From Antedon mediterranea (taxonomy: Eukaryota; Animalia; Echinodermata): a DNA stretch of 64,000 nt. Below, one piece after another: positions 49,601 to 62,096 of this stretch. The translations under genes were made by a program, and so were the position numbers. Position 1 is the stretch's first letter; each line of letters begins with the position of its first letter. The stretch spans positions 30,088,871 through 30,152,870 of the forward strand of contig NC_092676.1 in assembly GCF_964355755.1 (NCBI RefSeq), written 5' to 3'. The notes beneath the pieces are model-generated. The model ran no database searches and was not told the DNA's origin. It saw only the letters and a program-made list of their open reading frames with translations.

Positions 49601-52361
49601 CATGAAAAGATCAAAATTAAGGACATTAGCGTCAAATGGTCAGCAGACATTTGACCACCGCAACAAACGTATCTTCTTTCAGTTATGGAAACATCAGGCA
49701 CAGAAGATGCAAGAAGCTACACATATTTCAAATTTAACCTCTCTTAGAAGGTGACTAAATTCATGATTTGTATACATATAGTACAATACTTATAAAGTTA
49801 TAATATTTCTCACAAACATATCAAATGAAAGTATTTAAGGGGTATAGCATAAGTGTATTGGAGTGTTTATTTGTCTTTTTTTTTCTGTTTAGGGTTTCGG
49901 TATAAGAGTTCTTTTACTTCATTTTCCGATCCCTTAAACAGCTCCTATTATTGTTGTTAATAACTTATTGTAAATATATGCTTGTTTTTTTTTCCGACTT
50001 TAAAAAATATGAATGAAATGAACCCTTTCTGATCCCTATAACTTGCATAGCACCACATATTTTTGTACTAGATGTCTTACCAGCTGGCATCAGGAGGTTA
50101 AGAAAAGAGCTGAACAAGCAGCAAGTCTACAACATCTGAGAACGAAGACGACATCAGTTCATTTACGACGGAACTTTCTCGTTTGGAAGAGAGGTACAGA
50201 GTGTCAAAGACTTCTAAAGAACATTTTGAAAATGAAGGAGGAATGTCAGAAAAAGGAGGTGATGAAAACATGGAAAGAGTTTATGAAATTACGAAAAGCA
50301 GAGAAGCATCACAGACATCAAATTCTTCTAAAAGTAGGTGAAGACATTCAATCTACAATTCATATTTTAAAAAGGTTATTTTATTTGATGTTTTATAATT
50401 ATGTACGGTTATATTTAGACAATTAGATTATGGAGAGAATCGTTTTTGGTTGAACAGCAAACCAAACAGAGGCTACGTCATGTTGTAAATCATTGGAGGT
50501 CAAGAGTAGAAAAAAGTAAACAATTGGAGCAGAGTGTGGTGATGTTGGAGACAACAAGAATAAAGTCAATTCAACAGAGGGGGTTTGTAATTTGGAAGGA
50601 AGAGACAAAGAAACAGAAGATGGCAGTATCTCACAGCAGACATATGACAATGAAGAGGTATACATAGAAAAAATGTATACATAGAAAAAGGAATGTTGAC
50701 ACACAAAGTGGTTACTATCAAATTAAATTACAATTTTCTTTTGTCTAGGATTGTCAAGTCATGGTTGAATTATGCTAAACAAAATCATGACATTAAGCAA
50801 AAAATAGCAGAATTCAAAGATAGAAGATTACAAGAAAATATGTGGAGATTGTGGAAAGAGAAGCTGAATGAGCGGCACAGATTAAGAGAAGCAATAAAGA
50901 CGTTAGAAAAGAAGAAGCTAGGCCGTGTTATCCATGCGTGGCATCTGCAGATAAAGAAACAAAAAGAGCTTGTAAACACATGCAAGAAAGTTAACCAAGC
51001 TCTTTCAAATAAGAAAATGCAATATGTGTTTAAAAAATGGAAAGAATCCTTGGATGTAGTTCTTGTTATGAAAAGACAAGCAGAGTCAAGCGCCCTCGTG
51101 CGGTTGATGTTGCTAAGGCAACGAGCATTCTATAAATGGAAGCAAGTTACGTTGACACGGAGGGCAGTAAAGCATCGTGAGGACTGCCTAATGAGGGCAG
51201 TGTTCTGTGCATGGAAGAAACAATTTAAGGAAGATAGGGAACAAAAACAATTTGACCAGGATCTTCAAGAACTTGCAGACTGGCATTATCAAAGACGTTT
51301 AAGGTAATGTACACACATTTATCGATATAGCTACAGAACAAAGACATACTGAGATATGAAGTGTAAAAATGATCTCTGTCTACATTATTAAACTTTATGT
51401 GACACAAAATGTGATGTGCCCATATATGGACATAATGATGTCATATCACTACCCACATTTGGGCATATCACTACCATAATATTTGGGCACATCACACTTT
51501 TTTGTCAAAATAGTTTGATAGTGTAGACAGAGTTTAAATGGTAAAGCTGATAACAAAAAAAATATTCAAAATTATTTTCTTCTCAACTTTAAATTTTAAT
51601 CAACATTAAATTCTGTAGGAGAGTAATTATAAGAGAATGGTACTATGAGGTGAAAGTCGAAAAATTTAGGAGAAAGCAAAAACAAAATGTGATGAAACAA
51701 ACATTTAATACATGGACTACGAGGACCAGTCAGTCTCTTATGGCAACGCAAATAGTAAGTCATTATTATGTTGCCATTCTTCATCAATGGTTCACAGTAT
51801 CAAGAATGTGGGTTATTCTTTATTTACTGTTAAAAAGCTGTATAATATTTTGTTTAAACCCATATCTTGTTTCAGGTTGAGTACAAACTTTATTCTCGAT
51901 TCTGGAAGCAATGGAGGACAGCTTTTGTGACAAACCATGTCCTCAAAAACATGGATGTGAAAAAAAACAGCCACATATCATCTCAGGTAATTCTGTTTGT
52001 TTTTCAAGATCTACTATACATATATATTAATAATTCTAATATGCAAATAGAAGTTTCACAAATGTATTTTCTACTCTATTTCAGGTATTTAATAGCTGGC
52101 AACGATTGTCCAGTCTGTTTCACAAATGTATTTTCTACTCTATTTCAGGTATTTAATAGCTGGCAACGATTGTCCAGTCTGCATAGCTATGGGAATCAAC
52201 TAAGGCAACAGAACTCGCAAGAAGTTTTGAAAACCTCATTTTCAAAATGGAGGGAGGTTTTCAACAGCCTAAGCTCTTCCAGTAATTGTTCTTCCACCCC
52301 ACCTACAGATAATAACTCTTCATGTTCAAGTGAATTGGCTGCTATTTGGGAATTCCAGTAA
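28666..52361 (+). CDS. Sfi1-type tryptophan-repeat (centrin-binding-like) protein, SFI1/C1orf167-like, about 27 coding exons (e.g. 28666-29433, 29861-29934, 32997-33099, 33685-33763, 34882-35101, ..., 38853-39497, 39761-39966, 40087-40229, ~48716-48918, 50749-51303, 52149-52361)
   Basis: Low-complexity N-terminus, then many exons encoding basic helical repeats with recurring (F/L)xxW motifs (YFTLWR, AFKQWW, VFKKWK, AFYKWK, VFNSWQ), characteristic of Sfi1 repeats. Not every internal exon phase was verified. Confidence 0.8.
28846..28920 (+). repeat. Coding 15-bp repeat (TSALK) x about 5
   Basis: catccgcactcaaaa tandem units in ORF 28573..29463. Confidence 0.9.
32326..32445. repeat. 22-bp minisatellite CTATTAACACTATCCGATATTG, about 5 copies
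   Basis: Direct reading. Confidence 0.9.
40234..40370 (+). mobile_element. Degenerate tRNA-derived SINE fragment (duplicated at ~43444-43580)
   Basis: A-box-like tggtaactgagtgg, B-box GGTTCAAATCC, then cagtccacttaactgtaaatgagtatc. Confidence 0.5.
40696..47801. mobile_element. Non-autonomous TIR DNA transposon with TTAA TSD and GA...TC termini (Kolobok-like); the left end is duplicated at 43906
   Basis: TTAA|GAGCCATTGTCTGTAAAAATCAAAGA ... TCTTTGATTCTTACAGACAATGGCTC|TTAA. Removing it restores an intact 120-bp satellite unit (...acattTTAAcagctcatac...). No transposase ORF. Confidence 0.85.
42421..42954. mobile_element. Tc1/mariner (Tigger-like) MITE nested in the Kolobok-like element (duplicated at 45631-46164)
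   Basis: TA|CAGTTGAACCTCCCGTAAGTGGCCACC start, internal ggccgcttacggg repeats and a degenerate right end ...ggaggtggttgctg|TA. Confidence 0.6.
47802..48610. repeat. 120-bp tandem satellite, about 6.7 copies (further units at ~40367-40695)
   Basis: cattcagaag recurs at 47821, 47941, 48061, 48181, 48301, 48421 and 48541. Confidence 0.95.
52053..52180 (+). repeat. 2 x 64-bp tandem duplication containing the last 3' splice site of the Sfi1-like gene
   Basis: gtttcacaaatgtattttctactctatttcAG|gtatttaatagctggcaacgattgtccagtct at 52053 and 52117. Confidence 0.95.
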
Positions 52362-53695
52362 TAATGTAGAGTATGTTTTTACAGGGAAGGTGTTTGTATT
52401 GTGGTAAACTGTAGTTTTGCTATGCCATGTGAAAGGGGTTTAAATAATTGTAATATTGTATGTATATACTTTTATCAGAATTTGTAATAAATATATTCTA
52501 CACAATTTTAATAAACTGTAAAGAGAAGGAATGGCATTTGTATTAATGGAAAACCATTTATGTATTCATATATTTTTAATAAAATTTATTTGGTACTGCA
52601 ATGTTAATTTTTTTGCTTGAACACTAATGGTTGTTTGTGTTTTTTAATATTTCAATGCAAAAACGTTTCCCAAATATTTGTACAGTATTTATTTATCTAA
52701 CGACCACTCGGCAATATAAACAAATATTTAATCACTATAGCTGCTCTTACAAGGATTCGGATAAAACAGTACGGCACAGTAAACTTTAGTCTCGGCTTTT
52801 ACAACAACAAAAAGTAACCAGAACTACACAAAATGTAACAATATAATAAGAAATTTATTTATTACTGTATAATCCATATTTTTCTTATTTAAAACTCCAT
52901 TAAAAATTAGTCGATATTAGGAACAGGTGTATTGTGGAAAAAGTAATCTTGTTTAACATTGCACCTTGTAATGACGACACTTTGAAACAAACAAATGTTA
53001 AAACTTGTTATATTCTTAATCTGTTAAAATAGGTCAGCATCGATGCATTTCACCAACTGTGTTGTTAACACAGGATTTGTCTGTATTTTTATAACGCAGT
53101 AAAGATGGGAACAATATTTCTTAGTACCTACCCTGTGGACATAAAATTAAAATACAGAGTACCCATAATAGGAAGTTAGTTCTATTAAAGTAACACCAAA
53201 TTTCAAAAAGGCAAATCTGTTCTGTAAGCACCACATTTCTTGCTCTACAGCATGCAGGCTAAATAAACATTATTATTACCTGTAGGTTATTCTGCCTATA
53301 CTTTTGGGTATCACATGGATCTGTGAGGATGGAGTATCATTCTGGTGACTATTGGGCATGGATCCCATATCTCCCAGTGATGGGTTCCATACTTGTTTCT
53401 AGGAATTAGTGATATGGTTATCTTTCACATTTGTTTTAATAGATGAATGCCATCAACCACCTTGTAACCAATCTTCCGCTACTTGGACATCTTCCCCTGC
53501 TTGGGCATGTCCATCTTCCGCTGCTCTGACGCATGTTAACAACCTTGGTTATCTGCATGTTGTGCATCAAACGCACCGTTGCATCTATGCATGTCAATTT
53601 AGATTCTAGGATTGAAGTGACATGCCTCAATATCATTACCCTTAAAATCATAAATTGAAGTAGATATTCCACATTTTCTATAGTGTTATTTGGTG

Positions 53696-54863
53696 TTATC
53701 TCTGTAGCATAAATCCACTACCTTCTTGTGGTCCCTTTGGTTGTCTTATTATATTCTTTTCCGTCACAGATATTGATGCCACTGGTAGGGCAGAATCTGT
53801 AACAGCTTCTTCTTTTTGATCACCCATTATCCTTTGTCTTGCTTCTAAGTATTCTGCCTCCCTTTGTGCAAACGTCTTTGGTAGTATCTAAAAGTATATA
53901 AATAATTAAATATGCATTGCTCAGAAAATGAACTTTAATTTTTGAGGTTTACAGGTATTACACTTGAGATTTAACATTGATTACCTTGGTTTTTACATCA
54001 TCTTGTACTACTCTATCAGAATTTGGATTATCTCGTTTTAATATCCTTAGTTGTGGATGATAAGCTGTTCGCTGGCTATCTTCTTGAAGGACAACCTTTT
54101 CTCTTATTTTTTCTTGCCTAATTCATAAATAAAAATGTATTAAATTATGTTAAAAATATTGTTTTACTTAATAATTGACAATAGAAAAATGTTTAAAAAA
54201 TAATATTACTAGGAGGCCTACTGACAAAATAAATCTATTTTTTGTTCATTCATGCAGTAAATGCAGTCAGTATGAGTAAATTGTGCAACAGATGATGGTT
54301 TGTGTAAAAGGTAAACTTACTGTGTTCTTTTATTAAATATCTTATCTTCAACTTTCAATCTTTTATCAAGTTCCTGGAAAAACAAAATAAAAAATGTAGG
54401 CCTAGGATATCGAGCACAAACAATTAAAAATGTATTATTTTCCATACATTACAGGACCTTGCCTTGTCTATAGGCTATATAGTCTACTAGTACTACACTA
54501 GCCAGTACTACTACTAGTAGGCCCTATAAGTACAGGCTGTAAATACTACTCGGCAGGTTACCTACTTTAGGCCTAGGCTAGCTAGCTACTAACTACTCTA
54601 GGTAGGCCTAGGTAGCACAACATGCTAGTCTAGCCTAGGCTAGCTAGGAAGTATTATTTATCTGTAGGCTAGCTAGTAGGCCTAGGCCTAGCTAGCTAGC
54701 TAGCCTACCTTATAGCCTTAACTAGGTAGGCTAGTTTGACATGATCGAGATTTTAGCTAACTAGTGAAACATATTTAACATATAGTATATTACAAACCCC
54801 ACTATCTAGCATGTCTTCCCAATCTCCTAGTTCATCAGATTGGGATGAATCTGTTTTTTCCAT
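53696..54863 (-). CDS. SZRD1: SUZ RNA-binding domain-containing protein 1; exons 54798-54863, 54321-54373, 53985-54117, 53696-53887
   Basis: Spliced product MEKTDSSQSDELGDWEDMLDSGELDKRL...PQLRILKR...KTFAQREAEYLEARQRIMG...IIRQPKGPQEGSGFMLQR* carries the SUZ and SUZ-C motifs. Phases are consistent. Confidence 0.92.
54470..54740. repeat. CTAG/AGGCCT/AGCT-rich low-complexity tract in SZRD1 intron 1
   Basis: Direct reading: taggcctaggctagctagcta... Confidence 0.85.
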
Positions 54864-56032
54864 TTTTCTTTTCTGTAACTTTGTTCGATAAAAAAGCAGA
54901 CTACACACAACAACAAAAAACGTCAGGCAATGCTTACTTGCACGGCCACCGTGTGAAAAATACAATGAAACGAGCGGCCGTGCGAATAGATAATGTGGAG
55001 TTGGTCTCGTTTCATTCGTTATTTCAAATTTATAATGGCAGATGATTTATTTAAAATAAACGAACAAATTATGAATTAATGTAGGCATATGTTATGACTA
55101 AATTTTTACGGTTTTTAATTCTCTTCGAAATTCTGTGTAAAAATAAGTCACAATTATAATATAGCCTATAAGGGGCCTAGGTGATTTATTTATTTGGAAT
55201 TACAACATTAGATCGGTGGCACACTTAGCACAAAGGTGCATCCTTCACAATAACAATATAAAATATAACAATTAATGAATTACATACAGAAAAGTATAAA
55301 GGCAAAACAACTATCAACTCCTACCCTACATATTGTGTTTATACAATTAGTCGGTATAATGCATTCACACCTATCTCACACTTTATCCCCTTGAATCAAT
55401 TAATAACATAAAATCGATTCAATATAGTGAAATAACATATTCAGTTACTCATGTTTTCGATTAGCATTGATATCCGATGCAAAATAGTTTGCGGAGTCAT
55501 GTGTGCATGGTGTTGCAACATACTTAAAAATAAATTGTTTTCACTCCGCAAGAACGTCGAACATTCTATTGTCCGGAGTAGTATTACCCATCTGGCTCAC
55601 CCTCTGACCATGAAGGTAAACCTCCATGCTCTAGCCAACCCTAAAACGAGGTGAACATTTAATGAGGGTGTGCAATTACCGCAGTAATTTCTGGATCCTG
55701 TTATACAAGACAGTCGGGCATCGTCTCAGTTTTTTTGTTCTCAACATTCCAAAAGCATAAAAAGTTCGATAACATGAAAAACTAATATCGGTTGATCTTC
55801 CGCTTTCGTGAATATGGCTTATATAAGGCACCTCGAAATTACTTTTAGTTGAGGTAAGGTAATCAATGTTGTGATAATATATCGATAAAATAAACAATAG
55901 CGTAAGACAACCAGTGACAGGTTCGATTGAATATAACGATTATCATTATGCAATTTGCTTTCGAAGATACGACACTTGTTAGAGCTTCTTCTTCAGTCTT
56001 CGTGATGTTGTAGGCCAATGGAATAATTAAAA

Positions 56033-59000
56033 ATGACCGATATATTAGGTTTTTGTATTTTAGTTCTCGTCTGTATCAGGTCTACTAACTCACGTAAGTT
56101 TTATATTATTTATATTGTATCCTGGGGTGTCCTGAACTATTCTTTATTTTGTCGTTTTATTAGTTGATGTCCGCGTATTTGTAAATAACATGTATTTTTA
56201 TATTAATTATGTTGAAGAGATATATTTTTTACCTATATTTTTATACGTACAATGTTTATATACGTACAATGTTTATATACGTACAATGTTTATATATTTT
56301 CATAATTATTTTTGTTAAGCTTCAATTTTTAAATGCTTTATTAGAGATTGCAATAAACTTTCCTCGTATCGTATCGTATCCTTAATCTTGACTATTATAT
56401 TAGACCTAACTAGTTGGACTAAGTTCTCTTTCAATGCCTCCTCACTGTGTTTTATTCTTGCACACATTATAACATTTTTGGTGTAATAATGCGAATGTAA
56501 TAGTGAATAAAATATGTATATTAAACATTAGTAAACCTTGACTGAAATGAAATGTTAATCTCTAATATCTAGAGAAATTGAGTTCTTGTTTGCTTTGGTA
56601 TTAAGCTCCGTCTACCGTCTGCACTATCAAATGTGATGCGCCCATATATGGACATGATGATGTCATATCACTACCTTGGGTATATCATTATCATATTTGG
56701 GCCGGAACATCACACCTTTTTTTTTCAAACTAGTTTGATAGTGTAGACAGAGCTTAAAAAGTTAAGCTGATCTGTAGATAACATAACAAACTTTCAACAT
56801 TATTTTCTCAAGTTTAAATTTTGAATTTTGTTGTCACATAAAGTTTGATAGTGTAGACAGAGCTTATTATTCTTGGGTTCTTCATTGATGGTTATTTTGA
56901 TTGTGTTATAGAGAGTATAACGATGTCGGGTGGCAATTACTATTATGAAGGACGGCTGGAGATATGGTGGTACTCAACTGGTTGCTGGCTTTTTTGTGAA
57001 ACTAGATGGGAATGGGGAACTGTATGCGACGATTATTTTGACATGAACGATGCGCACGTTGCGTGTCGCTCAATGGGTTACATTGGAGCTTCGCATGTGT
57101 GGGGTTCTGCACATTTTGGCCAAGGGGGTGGTCCTATTTGGTTAGATGATGTCAACTGTGGTGGTCATGAGAGCGCCCTCTGGTACTGCTCTACACCAGG
57201 ATGGGGGAATAATAACTGCGGTCATGGAGAGGATGTGGGAGTTACTTGTGGTAAGCTTGTTCCTACTTTTTTTATTTCAATATGATTATACTGTATATAA
57301 TTAATATAAACTAATTTAATCAAACATGGGTAATTTTATTATGTTGAAATTTAAACCGTTATTTTTAATAGTATAGTTAGTAAATATTGTCATCAACATT
57401 ATGTTGTAATTGTTATAACTGTACTGACAGACATCAGAAGAGAACATTGTAAAAGTTCATTATTTAAGAATTACTATTTATGTTTAATGTTACTTACCCA
57501 ACCTGCCACTCTCTTTGAAACGAAAAAGGTATAGAAGTTATACAATATACAACACTTTCCCTAACCTTGTCTTTAGTCTATTCACGGTTCTCCATGTCTA
57601 TTTTATAGCTTGATGTGGATTATTGTGGCATAATATTACTTAGATATAAGTCATAAAAATAAAATTGATTTACTTATTGTAAAAAACGTGTTATTAATGC
57701 ATGTGGCGAGGCGTTTATTCGAGGAAATGAATAAACGACCCGGAAACTCAATAAACAAGAAAACATTTCGTACAAAAAACGCCGCTCGCTTGTTGACGTA
57801 TAGTTTTACAAATTATCAAAAACTTCAGCCTCTAGAACTATAGCTACCGCTTGATATAGCTTCTGAATGAGTATGTCTTTTTGGGACATAGCTGGCTAAA
57901 GCCGCAGCGCGAAAACAGAATATAATAACTCTTTTTCTAAAAAGTACACTTAACTTTAAGATATTAAAAATGCAAAATGTGTGGCTTGTAAGCTTTTAAA
58001 TTCATTTATAATTATTATGCTTACATATTTGTGTTATTGTAATGTGAGTGCATATTAATAATTAAAATCATTCGTCTTTTTTTTTACCAATACTCAATAT
58101 ATGAAAATACGGTATTAAAAAAACTCTGTCATAACACTTTAACATTAAAAATGTCCAACTAATCAATCAATATACCGTTAATATCCCCATCAAATGTTCT
58201 TGTTTTTTGTGTACGTTTTAAACATTTAATTTAAACATTTTCAGATATTGACCACTGCAGTTATCTGTCACCATGCCAAAATGGCGGTGCGTGTACAGAT
58301 GGCGTAGGAACATACACTTGCTCTTGTGTAGCTGGCTACTCTGGCACCAACTGTGAAACTAGTAAGTATTTTACCAAACACTTTTATAAACCGTACATTC
58401 CTGTTTTTTTCTGTAGCAAACTAAATTAAATAAAGTAATTGTAGACGACCTGCCAATGCTGTACGTGTTTGCGTTCTTAAAAATAAGCCCACTTCGGACC
58501 TATTCAAAGGAGGGTGTTATACACATTCGTAGGTAACGTGAATGTCATACTGGGTATCGTAATTGGCGCGGGTTTGCAGACAATTATCATTTCTTTTTCA
58601 TTGTCTGCTGAGCGTACAGTATATCGACCGCGAATATGCCGATATGCATAGAAACCTGACGCTTATTGGCTAATTATAAAAGATCGTTCGCGAAAACGTC
58701 AAATATCTATTATTAGCAGAGAACCGCAATCCAGTCAATAATTTTTTTTTATAATCGAACATTATTACTATGATTATTATTGTGTATGATATCCAATACA
58801 GTAATTATATAATTCGGCATAAACAAATGTAGAAAAGCCGTAATTGCTTGCGTTTAAAAGCCGTTTCATTTATTGAGTGCGTCCGTTTAAAAGCCGTGTC
58901 ATTTATTGAGTGCGTGTGTTTAAAAGCCGTGTCATTTTGAACGCATGCGTACAAAAACCGTGTTATTTTGAACGCGTCCGTATAATATTCCCGCCATTTA

Positions 59001-61276
59001 TTGAACGCGTGCTTACAAAGGCGTGTAATTGATTGAACGCGTGCGTACAAAGGCGTGTCATTGATTGAACGCGTGCGTATAAAGGCGTGTCATTTATTGA
59101 ACGCGTGCGTATAAAGGCGTGTCATTTATTGAACGCATGCGGCTGTGCAATTTACGATCCAGTCAACTTTGTAATGTTTTTCCCCTATTTAATAAAATTA
59201 ATACCATCATCCATCACATTATTCACCAGATATAAACGAATGCGCATCGAGTCCTTGCCAACATGGAGGAGCTTGTAATGATGGAGTGAATAGATACACG
59301 TGTAGCTGTGTTGCAGGCTCAGTCGGAACACATTGTGAAACAAGTAATGATAGATTCAAATCTTTTGATATAAATTAAAATGAACCAGTGATTGCCCAAT
59401 AGGTAGCCTATATCTATGAATGTATTTTCATAATATTTGTAAATTCATTAATTGATCAACTTTTACAACCGATGAATTTCAGTTCTTTAACTACATATTT
59501 GTTTTCTTCAGATATTGATGAATGCGCGTCGGTTCCTTGTGTAAACGGAGCTACGTGCATAGATGACCTCAACCAGTACACATGCACATGCGTACAAGGG
59601 AACAGTGGAACACACTGCGAAATAGGTATTTCTAGTTCTTCTTATGTACTTTAATCGTGTCGATTATTAATAAATTATATTATCTCTTAGTGTACGTGAA
59701 TTCTGTAATCCGATTGGTCAATAAATGTATGAGATATTACGCCCATTTACTCAGTCAAGCGGATCAGAAAGGTAGTACAGGTATATCCCGTATTACCTTG
59801 TTTATTTATTGTATTTTTATCGTTTAGCGCATGCGTAGTTGTGATTTCAACCATCGAATATAAACCCGTTTCGACGGTCCGTAATCACTAAGAGATAAAA
59901 TTGTTGCACCCTGCTTGTTCTTACGGAATACGGGAAATATCTACGTTCTGGTTCCATATTCCATCGGCCTCATGGAATATGAAACCAGAACTTAGATATT
60001 CCGTGAACAAGCAGGGTGTAACTAATAGTATTGCATAGTATACTTTCAAAAGTACTATTGAACCACCGTTCAATAGTACGTACTATTACACGCCATGTGA
60101 CCCACAATCGTCCAATCAAATGACAGAAATTTATTTAGGACGTGTTATTTCATTTCATTTCATCTTTTATATCGGAAAAAATAATACAAAGGACAAATTT
60201 CTACATAGCTCAAGAACATATAATATATGCTTTTACCGGTTATAATGTCTGTGTAGGTGTTCTATTCTCACTTAGAATAGCTTGGTTTTTGTTCCTTTTT
60301 TCGATAGGGTCTTTAAATATGTAATTTAATCTTACAGATATCGACGAATGCGCTTCTAGTCCGTGTCTGAATGGTGGGACATGTACTGACCAGTTTAACG
60401 GTTACATTTGCACATGCGAACCATGGTATTATGAGTATAACTGCGCAACATTAGGTAAGCAAAGATTCAACAAAGACATAATTTATTTACGTTTATTGAA
60501 TTTTATATGATTGGTGGTATTTAAATTAGGGTATAAGGCGGATGGTTGAGTTTTGTCTTGGTCTGATAGCCATTTCTACACATCAACCTATTTCTAATTC
60601 ATATTAATTGATTGATAGAATGGTATATGCTACTTGTTATGCTTGTTGGTTCCATTCCCAATGACGCAACAAAAAGACGTAAGCGCAACGCAAGTGTGTG
60701 ACTATTAATGACAATCGACAATTTGAATAATCTATCAGGCTTGTGATTGGTTACATTTTTAGGTTGCGCTTACGACATCTTTGCGCAGCAGACTTTCTCA
60801 AAGTCTGTAGTTATTGTCTTTTTTATGTTAGTCCGCCAGTCGACGTTTCAATTTTGTTTGTTTCGAGTTGAAGTATTATACGCCAGAAGTCAAAATGCAG
60901 TCTAAACACTATACTAGTTCTTGCGTTGCGTCATAGTGGGAACCAAGCTTTAAATGTCATGCAATATGTTTTTGGATGGAAATAACTATATAACATCTAA
61001 TTTAAAATTAAAGATGCATCGTATAGTACATCAGATCTGACACCGTTTCCAGACAGCGCACTTCTAAACAAAGCGTATAAAATAAAACAAGTGCGCAGTA
61101 AGATAGAGTGTATAAAACAGTGTACGTCATCGACTGGATGCCAGTCTGTCAACTACGAAACATCGACGGGAAAATGTGAAATGAACAGCGAGACGAAGGC
61201 TAATAATGATTATGCATTTAGTACAAGTTATTATGGTTATTATTACTATGAGTACGTAGCAGGGGGTGGGGGTTAA
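56033..61276 (+). CDS. Secreted SRCR-EGFx4-PAN/Apple protein; exons 56033-56093, 56912-57250, 58245-58361, 59230-59343, 59512-59625, 60338-60454, 61014-61276
   Basis: Signal peptide [20 protein letters not shown]; group-A SRCR; four phase-1 Notch-type EGF exons (DID.C.S.PC.NG..C.D....Y.C.C..G..G..CE); terminal PAN domain (SKIECIKQC....GCQSVNY....KCEMN). No TM segment. Confidence 0.88.
58840..59140. repeat. Degenerate ~30-bp tandem repeat (aaggcgtgtcatttattgaacgcgtgcgta), probably TE-internal
   Basis: Direct reading. Confidence 0.75.
59681..60021. mobile_element. Small element with two inverted-repeat modules
   Basis: tatctcttagtg...cactaagagata (59681-59897) and gttgcaccctgcttgttc...gaacaagcagggtgtaac (59903-60021). 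Confidence 0.5.
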
Positions 61277-61483
61277 TTAGTTGCAACATCACAAGACGGT
61301 GGATTTTTTAAATATCCAGACATTTTTAAAAGTAAATGCATTTTGTAGATTTTTGTTATTGAAAAAAGTCTTAAAGATTAATTTTATTACAGTATATAGC
61401 ACAATAACATAATTAGGTTGCCACTTGGTAAAGTGCTTTACCAAACTATAGTTTTAATATATATATATATATGTGCAGTAGGC

Positions 61484-62096
61484 TACAGTAAAACACAATC
61501 TTTTCTGGGACACCACTATTCTGGAGACTCGTTCACGAAATGAGAGGCAATATATGATTTAACACTACGGCCATCCCTATCGAGGGGCCAACCACTATCG
61601 AGGGGCCAACCACTATCTAGGGGCCAACCACTATCAGGGGCCAACCACTACTATCGAGGGGCCAACCAGTATCGAGGGACCAACCAGTATCGAGGGGCTT
61701 GGCCACTATCGAGGGCCAACCACTATCTAGGGGCCAACCAGTATCGAGGAGGGGCCAACCACTACCGAGGGCGGGCCAACCAGTATCGAGGGGCCATTCC
61801 TATAAAGGGATCACTTAGATCATAGAGGTATAACATTAGATTTTGTACCTCCGTGCTTGGATTGTGAGGTATAACATTAGATTTTGTACCTCCGTGCTTG
61901 GATTGTGAGGTATAACATTAGATTTTGTACCTCCGTGCTTGGATTGTGAGGTATAACATTAGATTTTGTACCTCCGTGCTTGGATTGTGAGGTATAACAT
62001 TGATTTTGTACCTCCGTTCTTGGATTGTGAGGTATAACATTAGATTTTGTACCTCCGTGCTTGGATTGTGAGTGTCTCGTTAATAGAGGTTCTACA
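61484..62096. mobile_element. Tc1/mariner-like MITE relic expanded by internal minisatellites (~18-20-bp ccactatcgaggggccaa at 61575-61795; 41-bp x about 6 at 61825-62072)
   Basis: TA-CAGTAAAAC...GGGACAC start and GTGTCTCGTTAATAGAGGTTCTAC end. The tandem arrays are read directly. Confidence 0.6.
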
